Below are positions 39,639 to 49,684 of a stretch of 64,000 bases of DNA, one piece after another (position 1 is the first letter of the stretch; the number at the start of each line of letters is the position of its first letter). Source of the DNA: an uncultured virus (IMG/VR IMGVR_UViG_3300042451_000642) (lineage: Duplodnaviria; Heunggongvirae; Uroviricota; Caudoviricetes); IMG/VR virus record IMGVR_UViG_3300042451_000642. The stretch is one strand, 5' to 3'. The notes below the pieces were generated by a model. It was given only the letters and a program-made list of their open reading frames with translations, searched no databases and was not told the DNA's origin. The translations under genes and the position numbers were made by a program.

Positions 39639-40033
39639 TGGCAAAAAAGAAACCTGATCTAGTTGTATGGGACGAAGAAAAAGGATATTATCAAAGGGAA
39701 TTAACTTATGGTAGTAATCAGGGTGCGCCTGCAATTAAATTGGAGGATGTTGGTGGTTGGAAACAAATGCAAGCGGGAATTGCCAACAAACAATTTAAAT
39801 CAAGATACGATGAGTTAAAGGAAGAGTTTCAAAAGTTAATTGATGAAGTTAATTGGAATGAATTAGTTTATCAATCATCTTACTCATTCATACCGGTTAT
39901 GGGTGAAACTTATCACTTATATGTTAGGGAAGATGAGTCAACATTTCTATCCTTAATTCACCCCACACAATGGAATAAAAAATATGTCGGGTCCTTCAAA
40001 CTAGACTCAACACAAAAATGGATAAAAGTATAG
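39638..40033 (+). CDS. DUF2452-like protein
   Basis: YGS..GAPAI, F.PV.GETYHLY, FLSLI.P..W. Confidence 0.7.
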   Translation: MAKKKPDLVVWDEEKGYYQRELTYGSNQGAPAIKLEDVGGWKQMQAGIANKQFKSRYDELKEEFQKLIDEVNWNELVYQSSYSFIPVMGETYHLYVREDESTFLSLIHPTQWNKKYVGSFKLDSTQKWIKV

Positions 40034-40054
40034 GTTTGTTATATTTATATTGAT

Positions 40055-41410
40055 ATGAAGAAGAATTTAATCGAACAGCTGGAAAGAATCCACAGACTTA
40101 ACTATGGTAAAGAAGCTATCAAAGAAGGGTTTTTAGATAATATCCTTAAGGCTGTCGGTGTTAAAAAGACTGACAATCCTAAGAAAGCTGATTTAGTCTC
40201 TGACGACGTTGAGTCATTTTATAGTACGTTAGAAGATGCCGCTAATTCTGGTGGTTTGTCACAACAACAAAAGGGTTCGATGAATTTCCAAAAGAATGTT
40301 GAATCGATGCAAATTGGTTTAAAACTATTGGGTTATGAATTACCAAGATATGGTGTTGATGGTCTTTTTGGACCTGAAACTGCATCCGCGGTTGGTAAGT
40401 TTACAAGTGAAAAAGTAAGTGGTGATACTAAAACCGCAATTAATGAGGCGTTTGTTCGATTGGGTGATACGAGTTATTCTAACGTAAAATTTGACGGTGA
40501 TGGGACTCAAAATGACCAAATAAATCAACCACTATTGGATGATTTACAGACGGCAGCATCTAATGCGGGTGTGACTGTTACAATAACAACCGCAAAATCC
40601 GGACATGGAAATCTAACCATAAATGGAAAACCGAGTAGGCACGCCACAAATACTGCCGTTGATATTGCAATATTAGATGGTATCGGTGCGGGAGGTGCAT
40701 CAAACAAATCTAATGGTAATCCAAGATTTAGGGAGTTAGGTGAAAGAGTGAAGAACGAGTTAGTTAAAATGGGTTATGCGTTAAATGCTGAGGGTGGTAA
40801 TCAAAAAGCAGTATTATGGCAAACAGACACCGGAGGTAACCACTACAATCATTTACACGTATCTAATAAAGAAGGAGTTTCAGGTTCTGCACCATCAGAA
40901 ACGATGGCTAAAGCAACACCCGAAATGCTTAAAAAATTAATTGAATTATTAAAAGAAAAAGGAATTACTTCTGAAGATTTAAAAAAGAATATTGACACAA
41001 TAAATGTTGATGATTTGGCAGATAAGAACTTCTACGCTAAGTTACTAGAAAACTTAGGAGCGCCGATTAGTGATGAAAATATGAAATTCATGTATGCTTG
41101 GAGACAAGCTGAGGGTAGAGGAGGTACATACAATCCATTTAACACAACGTGGAATCTACCAAATTCAACCACGATGAATAGTGCAGGTGTTAGAAATTAC
41201 ACATCGTTAGAAGATGGAATGGTTGCAACCATTAAAACCTTAAAAAATGGTAGATACGATTGTATCGTTAACGGACTTAAAAATGATATTGGAGCATCTA
41301 ACATTGCAAGTTGCGAATCCCTTAAAACTTGGGGTACGGGTGATTTAGTTGCCAAAGTTGTTAATAGTTATAACAACGGAGCAAATCCCAAAATATCCGG
41401 TTTAGCGTAA
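40055..41410 (+). CDS. Multidomain peptidoglycan hydrolase (PG-binding + M15-like + lysozyme-like)
   Basis: LGY..GVDGLFGPET; SRH...AVDI...HYNHLHV; AWRQAEG..NPFNTT. Confidence 0.7.
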   Translation: MKKNLIEQLERIHRLNYGKEAIKEGFLDNILKAVGVKKTDNPKKADLVSDDVESFYSTLEDAANSGGLSQQQKGSMNFQKNVESMQIGLKLLGYELPRYGVDGLFGPETASAVGKFTSEKVSGDTKTAINEAFVRLGDTSYSNVKFDGDGTQNDQINQPLLDDLQTAASNAGVTVTITTAKSGHGNLTINGKPSRHATNTAVDIAILDGIGAGGASNKSNGNPRFRELGERVKNELVKMGYALNAEGGNQKAVLWQTDTGGNHYNHLHVSNKEGVSGSAPSETMAKATPEMLKKLIELLKEKGITSEDLKKNIDTINVDDLADKNFYAKLLENLGAPISDENMKFMYAWRQAEGRGGTYNPFNTTWNLPNSTTMNSAGVRNYTSLEDGMVATIKTLKNGRYDCIVNGLKNDIGASNIASCESLKTWGTGDLVAKVVNSYNNGANPKISGLA

Positions 41411-41485
41411 ATTTATATAATTTTATTAGTATTTTCTTGGATTTATCAAATATAATCGGTATTTTAGTATTCTAAAACCTATTAT

Positions 41486-41725
41486 ATGCCAAAAGAAACA
41501 TGTATCTTGTGTGGTAAAGAAACACACGAAGAAATAACAACACACGTGGATTTCAGAACTGGTTATGTCGATGGAGCGGGACAATTATGTATTGAATGTT
41601 ATCGAAAAGGTAACTCATCAAGTAGAAATCACATAATGATACCAGAGGATTATATAAGCGATTACCCTAACGATATGGAGTTAGGTTCAAAAGTTAGAGA
41701 ATTTTATCACAACTCATATAAGTAA
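41486..41725 (+). CDS. Small Zn-finger-like protein
   Basis: CILC...GAGQLCIEC; PNDMELGSKVR. Confidence 0.65.
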   Translation: MPKETCILCGKETHEEITTHVDFRTGYVDGAGQLCIECYRKGNSSSRNHIMIPEDYISDYPNDMELGSKVREFYHNSYK

Positions 41726-41726
41726 C

Positions 41727-42194
41727 ATGAACATTTTCTTTTTAGATTGGAACCCAAAAAAATGTGCAGAATACCATAACGATAAACACGTCGTCAAAAT
41801 GATATTAGAAACTGCCCAATTACTTTGTGGTGCACATTGGGCAACCGGTGGAGAGGCTCCTTATAAGTTATCCCACAAGAATCATCCTTGTTCTGTGTGG
41901 GTTAGAGAGGATTTACAGAATTATATTTGGTTAGTTGACTTAGGGTTCAACCTATGTCAAGAATATACATATCGATACGGAAAACGTCATAAAACACAGG
42001 ATATTATTGAGTGGTGTGCTTATCACAGACCAAAAATTAAGGATTTAGAATTCACGCCACCAGCACTTGCAATGCCCGATAATTATAAAGTGTACGATGA
42101 CACCATTCAATCTTATAGAAATTATTATCTTGGGGATAAAAAGGAATTTTGTAAATGGAAAGGTAGAGAAACTCCAGAATGGTTCCAATTGTAA
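41727..42194 (+). CDS. Pyrimidine-dimer DNA glycosylase-like protein
   Basis: MNIFFLD..DKHVVKMILETAQLL, HKNHPC, EYTYRYGKRH. Confidence 0.75.
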   Translation: MNIFFLDWNPKKCAEYHNDKHVVKMILETAQLLCGAHWATGGEAPYKLSHKNHPCSVWVREDLQNYIWLVDLGFNLCQEYTYRYGKRHKTQDIIEWCAYHRPKIKDLEFTPPALAMPDNYKVYDDTIQSYRNYYLGDKKEFCKWKGRETPEWFQL

Positions 42195-42235
42195 TAATCC
42201 GAGTATTTATATAGATATAAGAAATCTACAACCAA

Positions 42236-43570
42236 ATGAAAGAAATATTAAAAAAAGATTTACTAGCTAAATTGAACGAATCGTCCCTTGAAATGGACGA
42301 AATGTCAAAATATAACCCAGGTAGAGAAGAAAAGAATCCATGGGATGAAACTCCTGAAGAAAGAGAAGAAAGACAAAGATTTGAGAAAAGATCTGTAACA
42401 AAGTCTTATCGTTTTCAGAAACCTCCGATTGGTACAAGACCAGAAGATATGCCACCGGTTGATATTTGGATTTATAACCCAACAAAAGACCCACAGGGTG
42501 AGAAAACCGCGGTTATACCAACAGGTTTAGAACCAATTACTGAAGAGCAATTAAAGGCGGCAAACCCTAAGTTTTTTGAATGGGCTCAAAAGGAAATGGG
42601 AGATAGAATTCATATTATCCGAATGAAAAAAGTTTTTCATGACCCTCTTGAACCGGGTAAAGCTAAACCTTCACCTAAAGCACTTGGTCTTAGACAAAAA
42701 GCCAATTTAAGTTTTGAAACTAAAGATTCTGGACCATCGACAGATAGAGAAAAGATATTAAGAAGGTTTAATCCAATTGTTAGTAGAGTATTAATTAATC
42801 AAGAAGTAAACGATAAGTTAGTTGAATCTGGATTCCCCCCATTAAAAATGCCTGACCAAATGTTTAAAGGACAAAAGGCAGGAACTGACACACATAGTAC
42901 CGTTGGTAATAGTGAAATTAATTTTGGTGGACATAACTATGATTTCTACTTAAGCATTGCGGATTTTGCACAAGCGAATGAAGATAGATTATATGGTGAC
43001 GCACCAAGTGTTGATATTTTAACCACTCACATGCCTCGTCAATACAATCCAGGTGCCAACTGGGATGCGTTAAGACCAACCGAAAATATGGATTTAAATT
43101 ATAAAGAAAATCCATTAACTCCATTGTTAAAATTAGCAAAGAGAGGATATCGTCCTGAAGATAGAGATGTTGCAGTTTCAAGTAGTATCTCAATTAGAGG
43201 TAAAGAAATAATACAGGCTGATGGTAACTCAATATTTGAATGGACTATTGATTTTAGTACCTTAATTGGTAAGAAATTAAAAGACCAAATGAGAATTGCC
43301 GGTAATAATAGACAAAAAGATAAAAACTTTACATGTACGGAATCATCTGTACCATTTTTATGTGCGGGTAATCCATTACAATATAGTGAATGTGTTGAGG
43401 CTTTAGTTAAATGTTTAAATAAAGTTAAGGGTGACATCTTATCAATGGATGTTACCGCGGAATTAGAATCAAGAAGTGTTGTTGATAGAAGTGATATCAC
43501 ACAAAGAATGAATGAAGATACCATATCTAAGTTAGTATCGAACATTATGAAACAAATAAAAAGAAATTAA
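42236..43570 (+). CDS. Hypothetical protein, candidate internal head protein
   Basis: TATTTAT upstream; N-terminal KLNE/S leader. Confidence 0.6.
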   Translation: MKEILKKDLLAKLNESSLEMDEMSKYNPGREEKNPWDETPEEREERQRFEKRSVTKSYRFQKPPIGTRPEDMPPVDIWIYNPTKDPQGEKTAVIPTGLEPITEEQLKAANPKFFEWAQKEMGDRIHIIRMKKVFHDPLEPGKAKPSPKALGLRQKANLSFETKDSGPSTDREKILRRFNPIVSRVLINQEVNDKLVESGFPPLKMPDQMFKGQKAGTDTHSTVGNSEINFGGHNYDFYLSIADFAQANEDRLYGDAPSVDILTTHMPRQYNPGANWDALRPTENMDLNYKENPLTPLLKLAKRGYRPEDRDVAVSSSISIRGKEIIQADGNSIFEWTIDFSTLIGKKLKDQMRIAGNNRQKDKNFTCTESSVPFLCAGNPLQYSECVEALVKCLNKVKGDILSMDVTAELESRSVVDRSDITQRMNEDTISKLVSNIMKQIKRN

Positions 43571-43619
43571 CCTCTCCTTGGTAATTTCCAAGGACTGACC
43601 TACGTAGGGTTTCAGTTAG

Positions 43620-43650
43620 TCCCCCAAAGAAATTTGGGGGATTTTTTTTT
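43620..43650 (+). terminator. Intrinsic terminator
   Basis: TCCCCCAAA-GAAA-TTTGGGGGA followed by a T-run. Confidence 0.85.
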
Positions 43651-43657
43651 GCAATAT

Positions 43658-43688
43658 TTTGGAATATCAATAATAATATTTATTTTTG
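43658..43688 (+). promoter_or_regulatory. Bacteroidota-type promoter
   Basis: TTTG-N19-TATTTTTG. Confidence 0.55.
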
Positions 43689-43707
43689 TGTTATAAACTA
43701 ACTCACA

Positions 43708-44208
43708 ATGAGCACAAACTACTACAGAATACCAACACACGAAGAGATGTTGAAAAGACAACAAACTCTAATTCAACAAGTTACAACAATGGACATGTCA
43801 ATAGAAAACCTCGAAAGGGGAATGAAGTATATCTCACCAACAAAAGATTGGGAATGGTTTTCACCTTGGGAAATGTTTATCGATGGAACAAACATTCATT
43901 TAGGTAAACGAAGTGTGGGTTGGAAATTCTGTTGGAATTTCCATAAGGACAAATACTACGACAGTAAAGAAAGTCTATTAGATTTTATTCGTTCGGGTAG
44001 AGTTGTTAATGAATATGGTGAAGAACAAGATATTGAGGAGTTCATCATAATGGCACTCGAATGGGGTGAACCTGACGGTTGGGTTGTAAATGCGGAGTAT
44101 CGAAAAGAACAACGTCAGAAAGGTGTGGGTTCTTTCTTTGATAAATCAGAATATGATGATAAGATTGTAGACGGATTAAGAGTTTCATCAGCGACAGATT
44201 TTTGTTAA
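43708..44208 (+). CDS. Conserved phage hypothetical protein
   Basis: MSTNYY, IHLGKRS.GWKF, NEYGE. Confidence 0.7.
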   Translation: MSTNYYRIPTHEEMLKRQQTLIQQVTTMDMSIENLERGMKYISPTKDWEWFSPWEMFIDGTNIHLGKRSVGWKFCWNFHKDKYYDSKESLLDFIRSGRVVNEYGEEQDIEEFIIMALEWGEPDGWVVNAEYRKEQRQKGVGSFFDKSEYDDKIVDGLRVSSATDFC

Positions 44209-44209
44209 T

Positions 44210-44863
44210 ATGATTAAGATAGAAAATAATAGAAAGGTTTGGATAACATCCGATACACATTATAACCACACAAACATATGTCGTGGTGTAACTAAATGGA
44301 GGATGTTAGATGGTTCCGTACCCGAAGCACAAACTAGGGATTTCATAAATTTAGATAAAATGAATTCAGCAATTGTAAACAACATCAATGAGTATGTTGG
44401 TCAAGATGATGTGTTAATTCATTTAGGTGATTGGTCGTTTGGTGGATTTGAACAAATAGAAGAGTTTCGCAATAGAATTATCTGTAAAGAAATACATTTA
44501 ACTTTTGGTAATCACGACCATCATATTGAAAGAAATCGCGAGGATTGTCAAAGACATTTTGCATCATCACAATGGTTCTTACAATTAAATTATTTGGGTG
44601 AGACGCTTGAGTTGATGCACTATCCAATTGCTTCGTGGAATGGACTGAATAAGGGACGTATTCATCTTCATGGACATTGTCACCTACCTAACAATAAAAA
44701 GTTCGGTAATGGACGTAGAATGGACGTTGGTATGGATGGGAATCTTGACTTTGCACCATATAATTTAAGAGACATAGTTAACTCAATGAAGAATAGACCA
44801 GTTGGTTCTGAACTTGGGGTTGATGATCATCACATTGATGAATTAAAAAATGTTGTAGGATAA
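44210..44863 (+). CDS. Metallophosphoesterase
   Basis: SDTH, HLGD, GNHD, HGHCH. Confidence 0.88.
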   Translation: MIKIENNRKVWITSDTHYNHTNICRGVTKWRMLDGSVPEAQTRDFINLDKMNSAIVNNINEYVGQDDVLIHLGDWSFGGFEQIEEFRNRIICKEIHLTFGNHDHHIERNREDCQRHFASSQWFLQLNYLGETLELMHYPIASWNGLNKGRIHLHGHCHLPNNKKFGNGRRMDVGMDGNLDFAPYNLRDIVNSMKNRPVGSELGVDDHHIDELKNVVG

Positions 44864-44872
44864 AAATTATTT

Positions 44873-45412
44873 ATGAAATTTACTGAAACAGAAATAGAAG
44901 GTTGTTATATAATAAATTACAATACGTTTGTAGATAGTAGGGGATACTTTGCGGTACCATATAACAAAGAGGTTTTCAATAGTAACGTGGGTTACGATGT
45001 TGAGTTCGTTCAGGATAATATGTCATATTCTCATTTAGGGACCATTAGAGGACTTCATTTCCAAACAGGTGAGTACGAACAAGCTAAACTTGTTACGTGT
45101 ACTAATGGACGTGTATTGGATGTTATCGTTGATATTAGAAAGGATTCCCCAAGTTATGGTAAAGTTGTTAAGGTGGAGCTCGGTGCAACATTAAACAAAC
45201 AGGTGTTCGTACCGAAAGGATGTGCACACGGATTCTCTGCGTTAAGTGATAACACAATATTTCAATATAAGGTTGATAACCCATATAATAAGGAAAGTGA
45301 GGGTGGAATTATATACAATGACCCAACTTTGAATATTGATTGGGGGGTGAGTGATTTTTTTGTAAGAGTCTCAGAAAAGGACTTAGAACTTCCAACTTTC
45401 TTGTCTTTATAG
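44873..45412 (+). CDS. rmlC: dTDP-4-dehydrorhamnose 3,5-epimerase
   Basis: DSRGYF, FVQDN.S.S, RGLHFQ, QAKLV, AHGF, YKVD. Confidence 0.93.
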   Translation: MKFTETEIEGCYIINYNTFVDSRGYFAVPYNKEVFNSNVGYDVEFVQDNMSYSHLGTIRGLHFQTGEYEQAKLVTCTNGRVLDVIVDIRKDSPSYGKVVKVELGATLNKQVFVPKGCAHGFSALSDNTIFQYKVDNPYNKESEGGIIYNDPTLNIDWGVSDFFVRVSEKDLELPTFLSL

Positions 45413-45465
45413 TGTATTTATAAAAATAAAACCTAATAACAAGTATTTATATATAAAATAGAATT

Positions 45466-45690
45466 ATGTCAAAAGTTATTAAATTAAAACAATCTGATAT
45501 TGAAAGAATTGTTTCAAATATAGTTAACGAGCAAGAAATGGGGGATGTAAATCCTGATAGTATTGCTCACGAAGAAGAAATAGATGAGGAAATGGGTGGT
45601 GGTGACATCGACGTTTATCCCGCTAAAGATGCAAAAGGTAACTTGTTTTTAGTCAACGCAAGGACTGGCCAAATTGTGGCTAAGGACTAA
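45466..45690 (+). CDS. Small acidic protein with KVIKLKQSDIERIV leader
   Basis: TATTTAT upstream; terminator downstream. Confidence 0.65.
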   Translation: MSKVIKLKQSDIERIVSNIVNEQEMGDVNPDSIAHEEEIDEEMGGGDIDVYPAKDAKGNLFLVNARTGQIVAKD

Positions 45691-45698
45691 TATATTCT

Positions 45699-45727
45699 AA
45701 CCCTCACAAAAAATGTGAGGGTTTTTT
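45699..45727 (+). terminator. Intrinsic terminator
   Basis: AACCCTCACA-AAAAA-TGTGAGGGTT plus T-run. Confidence 0.8.
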
Positions 45728-45736
45728 ATGCTATTT

Positions 45737-45768
45737 TTTGGAATATTCAAAAATTTTATTTATCTTTG
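45737..45768 (+). promoter_or_regulatory. Bacteroidota-type promoter
   Basis: TTTG-N20-TATCTTTG; ATG 4 nt downstream. Confidence 0.7.
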
Positions 45769-45772
45769 TTAT

Positions 45773-46249
45773 ATGAAAAACACAGAGTACAAGATATATT
45801 GTGACATGGACGGAGTCTTGGTTGACTTTGATAAAGGTTACAAAGAATTAACCGGTGAGGATTTAACCCCTGGTGTGCATAGAAATGATACAGACTTTTG
45901 GGACCCGATTAATAAAGCCGGTTATGATTTCTGGATTAAATTGGGTTGGATGAAAGATGGTAAAAGATTATGGAATTATATTGAAAAATATAAACCAGAA
46001 ATATTATCTGCACCATCTAGACAAAACGATTCAAGAGTTGCAAAACATGATTGGGTTGAAAGAGAACTACCTGACACACATTTAATTCTTAGAAGTGCAA
46101 AACATAAGAAAGATTTTGCAACACCAACATCAATTCTAATTGACGACAGGTTGGATAATATTCAAGGATGGAGAGATGCTGGCGGTATTGGTATTCATCA
46201 TGTTAATACTAAACATACCATTGACCAATTAAAAGTTTTAGGATTATAA
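45773..46249 (+). CDS. 5'(3')-deoxyribonucleotidase-like HAD protein
   Basis: DMDGVLVDF, ILSAP, LIDDR.DN...W...GGIGI.H. Confidence 0.85.
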   Translation: MKNTEYKIYCDMDGVLVDFDKGYKELTGEDLTPGVHRNDTDFWDPINKAGYDFWIKLGWMKDGKRLWNYIEKYKPEILSAPSRQNDSRVAKHDWVERELPDTHLILRSAKHKKDFATPTSILIDDRLDNIQGWRDAGGIGIHHVNTKHTIDQLKVLGL

Positions 46250-46259
46250 AATATAATTT

Positions 46260-46502
46260 ATGCTATTCAAATATACTATTAGTTTGGAAGTTGAGGTTGA
46301 ATTCGAGGCACCATTGTTAGGTGCCGACAACACCAAACACAAAAGAAAGTATGCTGGGTCAATTGCAAAAAAAACACTTCAAGAGATGGTAAGTCTTAAT
46401 AGTACTTCATTGATTGTTGATAGAAATATTGAAGAGGACAACTTTAATGGAACAATTAAAGGTCGAGCACATTTAGGTAAATCACTAAAAAACAAATATT
46501 AA
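46260..46502 (+). CDS. Hypothetical protein
   Basis: 80-aa ORF. Confidence 0.55.
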   Translation: MLFKYTISLEVEVEFEAPLLGADNTKHKRKYAGSIAKKTLQEMVSLNSTSLIVDRNIEEDNFNGTIKGRAHLGKSLKNKY

Positions 46503-46503
46503 A

Positions 46504-46788
46504 ATGAAAAAGTTAATTATATTAATAATGTTGTTGGGAGTGACAACATTAGAGGCGAAGCCGAAATATCGTATTGAAACTTGGTTTCAAGACGAATACC
46601 AATATTTTTTACCACAAAAAAAAGTATGGTATAAAACAAATTATTTTCCGTTGCCGTTTAAAGTATGGATATCTGGAGATTACCCATTTCAAAATAAAGA
46701 CCAAGCAGAGGAAATAATTAAAAATTGGAATCAATCGGATATTGATAGAAAAAAATATAAAAAATCAGAATTTATTTATATAAAATAA
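46504..46788 (+). CDS. Secreted hypothetical protein
   Basis: Signal peptide MKKLIILIMLLGVTTLEA. Confidence 0.6.
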   Translation: MKKLIILIMLLGVTTLEAKPKYRIETWFQDEYQYFLPQKKVWYKTNYFPLPFKVWISGDYPFQNKDQAEEIIKNWNQSDIDRKKYKKSEFIYIK

Positions 46789-46804
46789 AATAAAATACAA
46801 AATA

Positions 46805-47932
46805 ATGTCAAAAATTAAAGAACTAAAAACCAATCCAGACAACAGTTTGAATTTGGTCACTGTACTTGAACTGTTTAGTCCTGAAGGAAAATCTAAGTAT
46901 ACTGATTTGTTACTTAAATTGATGAAGGGCACCCCAAACTTAAAAGAACACACCAAAGAAATTAAGGAGACATTATCTAATGAATTTACATTTATTAGTG
47001 TAGAAAAATTGAATCAATTTAGTGAAATTCAATTAATGTTATTATATAAATTTGTTGATAGTTTTTTTAACGTTCAAGATTTGGTAAATTTTAAGAAATT
47101 CTGCGATTACAATGAAAGATGTCTTATTGACCAAAACGATTTAAGTAGATATAAAAAATTTGAGGATATTGTTAATGCGGTTAGTGTTGCCGATATGAAG
47201 GTAGAAACTAAGGACATGGAAAACCAAATCATTAAAGTTTATGAAGATGATGAGTGGTTATTACTTAGACCGTTAACATATTTAGCATCTAAAAAATATG
47301 GATCTAACACAAAATGGTGTACAACCCAATCAAACAATTCCGAATATTTTATTAAGTATAGTTCTAAAGGTGTTTTAATTTATTGTATTAATAAAAAGAC
47401 AGGGTACAAAGTTGCCAGTTTTTATTCATTGGATAAAAATGACCAAGAGTTTTCATTTTGGAATCAAAAAGATACTCGTGTTGATTCATTACAAACTGAA
47501 TTAAACGATGAGTTAAGAAAAATAATTAGTGAGACATCTATGGCTAAAAATGCCAAAACAAATAGATACCTATTAGATGATGACCAAAGAACTAAAGAAG
47601 ATATTCTTTTAAAACATAATGGGTTATTTAAGAGTGAGGCACTTTATGAACCGACACCAGTGGAGCAACCTGAAAGACGATTAAGTAATAGGATTGGTGC
47701 CGCCATTAGAAGAGAAAATGAACCAACAGAAGAAATGTTAGAAGAAAGAAGTCAAGAGGCGGAATATGAGGATAGCGAAAATGCTCAGGAACCACAAGAA
47801 GATTCGATATTGACTAGAATGATGTGGAATTCTACTGGTGAAACTAACTCAATCCCCGAAACTATCGAACATAACAGAGAAAGTTATTACATTAGAAATG
47901 GAGGACCAAGTACAGAAACACCAAGAGGGTAA
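46805..47932 (+). CDS. Hypothetical phage protein
   Basis: VYEDDEW...PLTY.AS.KYG.NTKWC motif; acidic tail. Confidence 0.7.
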   Translation: MSKIKELKTNPDNSLNLVTVLELFSPEGKSKYTDLLLKLMKGTPNLKEHTKEIKETLSNEFTFISVEKLNQFSEIQLMLLYKFVDSFFNVQDLVNFKKFCDYNERCLIDQNDLSRYKKFEDIVNAVSVADMKVETKDMENQIIKVYEDDEWLLLRPLTYLASKKYGSNTKWCTTQSNNSEYFIKYSSKGVLIYCINKKTGYKVASFYSLDKNDQEFSFWNQKDTRVDSLQTELNDELRKIISETSMAKNAKTNRYLLDDDQRTKEDILLKHNGLFKSEALYEPTPVEQPERRLSNRIGAAIRRENEPTEEMLEERSQEAEYEDSENAQEPQEDSILTRMMWNSTGETNSIPETIEHNRESYYIRNGGPSTETPRG

Positions 47933-47943
47933 TATTTATAAGT

Positions 47944-48180
47944 ATGAAAGTAATTGTAACAGAATCCCAATATCAAAGAGTTGTTTCAGAAGGGTTTTAT
48001 GAATCTGAAAAACTATACCCAAGAGACTATATTGTTGGTAGATTAAACAGAGCTCCAAAATATATGAGAGAATATATTAAAAATTTACCTCATATTGAAT
48101 GTACTGACAATAAAGGTATACAATCTATTTGTACCAAAATCCCCGAAGTGGTTTACCAATTTTTATTTGGAAATTTCTAA
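47944..48180 (+). CDS. Small protein with MKVIVTESQ leader
   Basis: TATTTAT 4 nt before the ATG. Confidence 0.65.
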   Translation: MKVIVTESQYQRVVSEGFYESEKLYPRDYIVGRLNRAPKYMREYIKNLPHIECTDNKGIQSICTKIPEVVYQFLFGNF

Positions 48181-48186
48181 AATATT

Positions 48187-48218
48187 TTTGGAATATTCTA
48201 AAAATTAGAATATATTTG
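48187..48218 (+). promoter_or_regulatory. Bacteroidota-type promoter
   Basis: TTTG-N20-TATATTTG. Confidence 0.7.
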
Positions 48219-48237
48219 TAATCTAAAACAATAAAAC

Positions 48238-48615
48238 ATGTTAGAGAACATCAGTCCCTACGTTTATCCTGGTATTAAAAATAACGAGGAGTATAAAAAA
48301 TTAAGAAGGTTTAAAAGGGATAGAATTACAAAAGAGGAAATACTTGATATAGTTGCTAAGAATTGCTGTGTCACCGCTTCTCAAATACTATCAAGAGTTA
48401 GAGATAGAGAAGTAATCGACGCCAGATTTATTTTTGTTGCGGTTATGAAAAGAGAGTTTGGTCACACCTTAAAACACATCGGTAAAATTTTAAACAGAGA
48501 CCATACAACTATCATTCATTCATTGGAAACATTTGCCGATAGATACAAACAGTATGATGAATATAGAGAAGTTGCAGATGGGGTATTCGAAGAAATCAAA
48601 TCAAAAATAGAGTAA
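48238..48615 (+). CDS. DnaA C-terminal (domain IV) HTH protein
   Basis: ILSRVRDREVIDAR...LKHIGKILNRDHTTIIH. Confidence 0.8.
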   Translation: MLENISPYVYPGIKNNEEYKKLRRFKRDRITKEEILDIVAKNCCVTASQILSRVRDREVIDARFIFVAVMKREFGHTLKHIGKILNRDHTTIIHSLETFADRYKQYDEYREVADGVFEEIKSKIE

Positions 48616-49172
48616 TGAAAACTTTAATAGTACATCCGGCCGATGAGTCCACTACGTTTCTTGACATAGTTTATAAGAACATCCCAAATAAGACTGTTGT
48701 TCAAGGTGGTTGTAGTAAGATGGACGTTATGAACTTAATAAAAGAACATGACCGAGTAATGATGATGGGACACGGCAGTCCGGGAGGGTTATTCTCAATA
48801 GGTCAATTTGATAATTGCGGTGCGAAATACGGTGGTTATATTATTGACCAATCAACGGTATCACTTTTAAAAGAAAAGGACAACAGTGTCTTTATTTGGT
48901 GTAATGCCGATAAGTTTGTTAATGTGTTCGGATTGAAGGGATTCTATTCTGGAATGTTCATCAGCGAAGTTGGTGAGGCGTTATATTGTGGATTACCCGG
49001 TACACAACAAGATGAAGTTGACGAATCAAACTATGGTTTTGTAAACATCATTGGTAAGTACATTAATGAAGATAAGAACGTCATATATGAAAATGTGATG
49101 AAAGAATATGGAATTATTGCGGAGGAAAACCCTGTTGCATTATACAATCACAATAGACTTTATAAATCATGA
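48615..49172 (+). CDS. Hypothetical protein, possible His-Cys (caspase-like fold) peptidase
   Basis: MMMGHG...VFIWC. Confidence 0.4.
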   Translation: MKTLIVHPADESTTFLDIVYKNIPNKTVVQGGCSKMDVMNLIKEHDRVMMMGHGSPGGLFSIGQFDNCGAKYGGYIIDQSTVSLLKEKDNSVFIWCNADKFVNVFGLKGFYSGMFISEVGEALYCGLPGTQQDEVDESNYGFVNIIGKYINEDKNVIYENVMKEYGIIAEENPVALYNHNRLYKS

Positions 49173-49681
49173 TAACAAACAAACAATACAAAGTAGAACT
49201 CTTAGATGGTAGAATACCCGATAAGATATTCGAAACGAGACAAGAGGCGGTTAGAGAATACCGTGGTAACATTAGTAAATTAATCGAGTATCTCCCAAGA
49301 GAAATTAAAAAGACAGTCGACACATCTGGTGACCAACTTGCAATATTAATTAGTGCAAGAAGTAACGAAGATTTAGACATATCTTTAGATTGTAGTTATG
49401 CGGTAATGTATAATTGTCCTAAAAGAGATAAGATATATCCCGGTATGAAATACTTGGAGGTATCGGATGAATATGTTTTGGAGGCGGTAATCGATAAGTT
49501 AGAAAAATATGAGAAAGGTGCACATCCACATTGGAAAGGACCGGGTTATAAACCCACCAAAGAATGGAAATGGGCTATCTATCACAAGAATGGTAAGTTA
49601 ATTAGAAGGGACAACGCAGAACAAAAATATAGCAACTCTTTGAAGGGAACTCAAGGAGGAATTAGTTACATCAAAATTTAA
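49169..49681 (+). CDS. Hypothetical protein
   Basis: 170 aa, ATGA coupling. Confidence 0.65.
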   Translation: MITNKQYKVELLDGRIPDKIFETRQEAVREYRGNISKLIEYLPREIKKTVDTSGDQLAILISARSNEDLDISLDCSYAVMYNCPKRDKIYPGMKYLEVSDEYVLEAVIDKLEKYEKGAHPHWKGPGYKPTKEWKWAIYHKNGKLIRRDNAEQKYSNSLKGTQGGISYIKI

Positions 49682-49684
49682 ATC

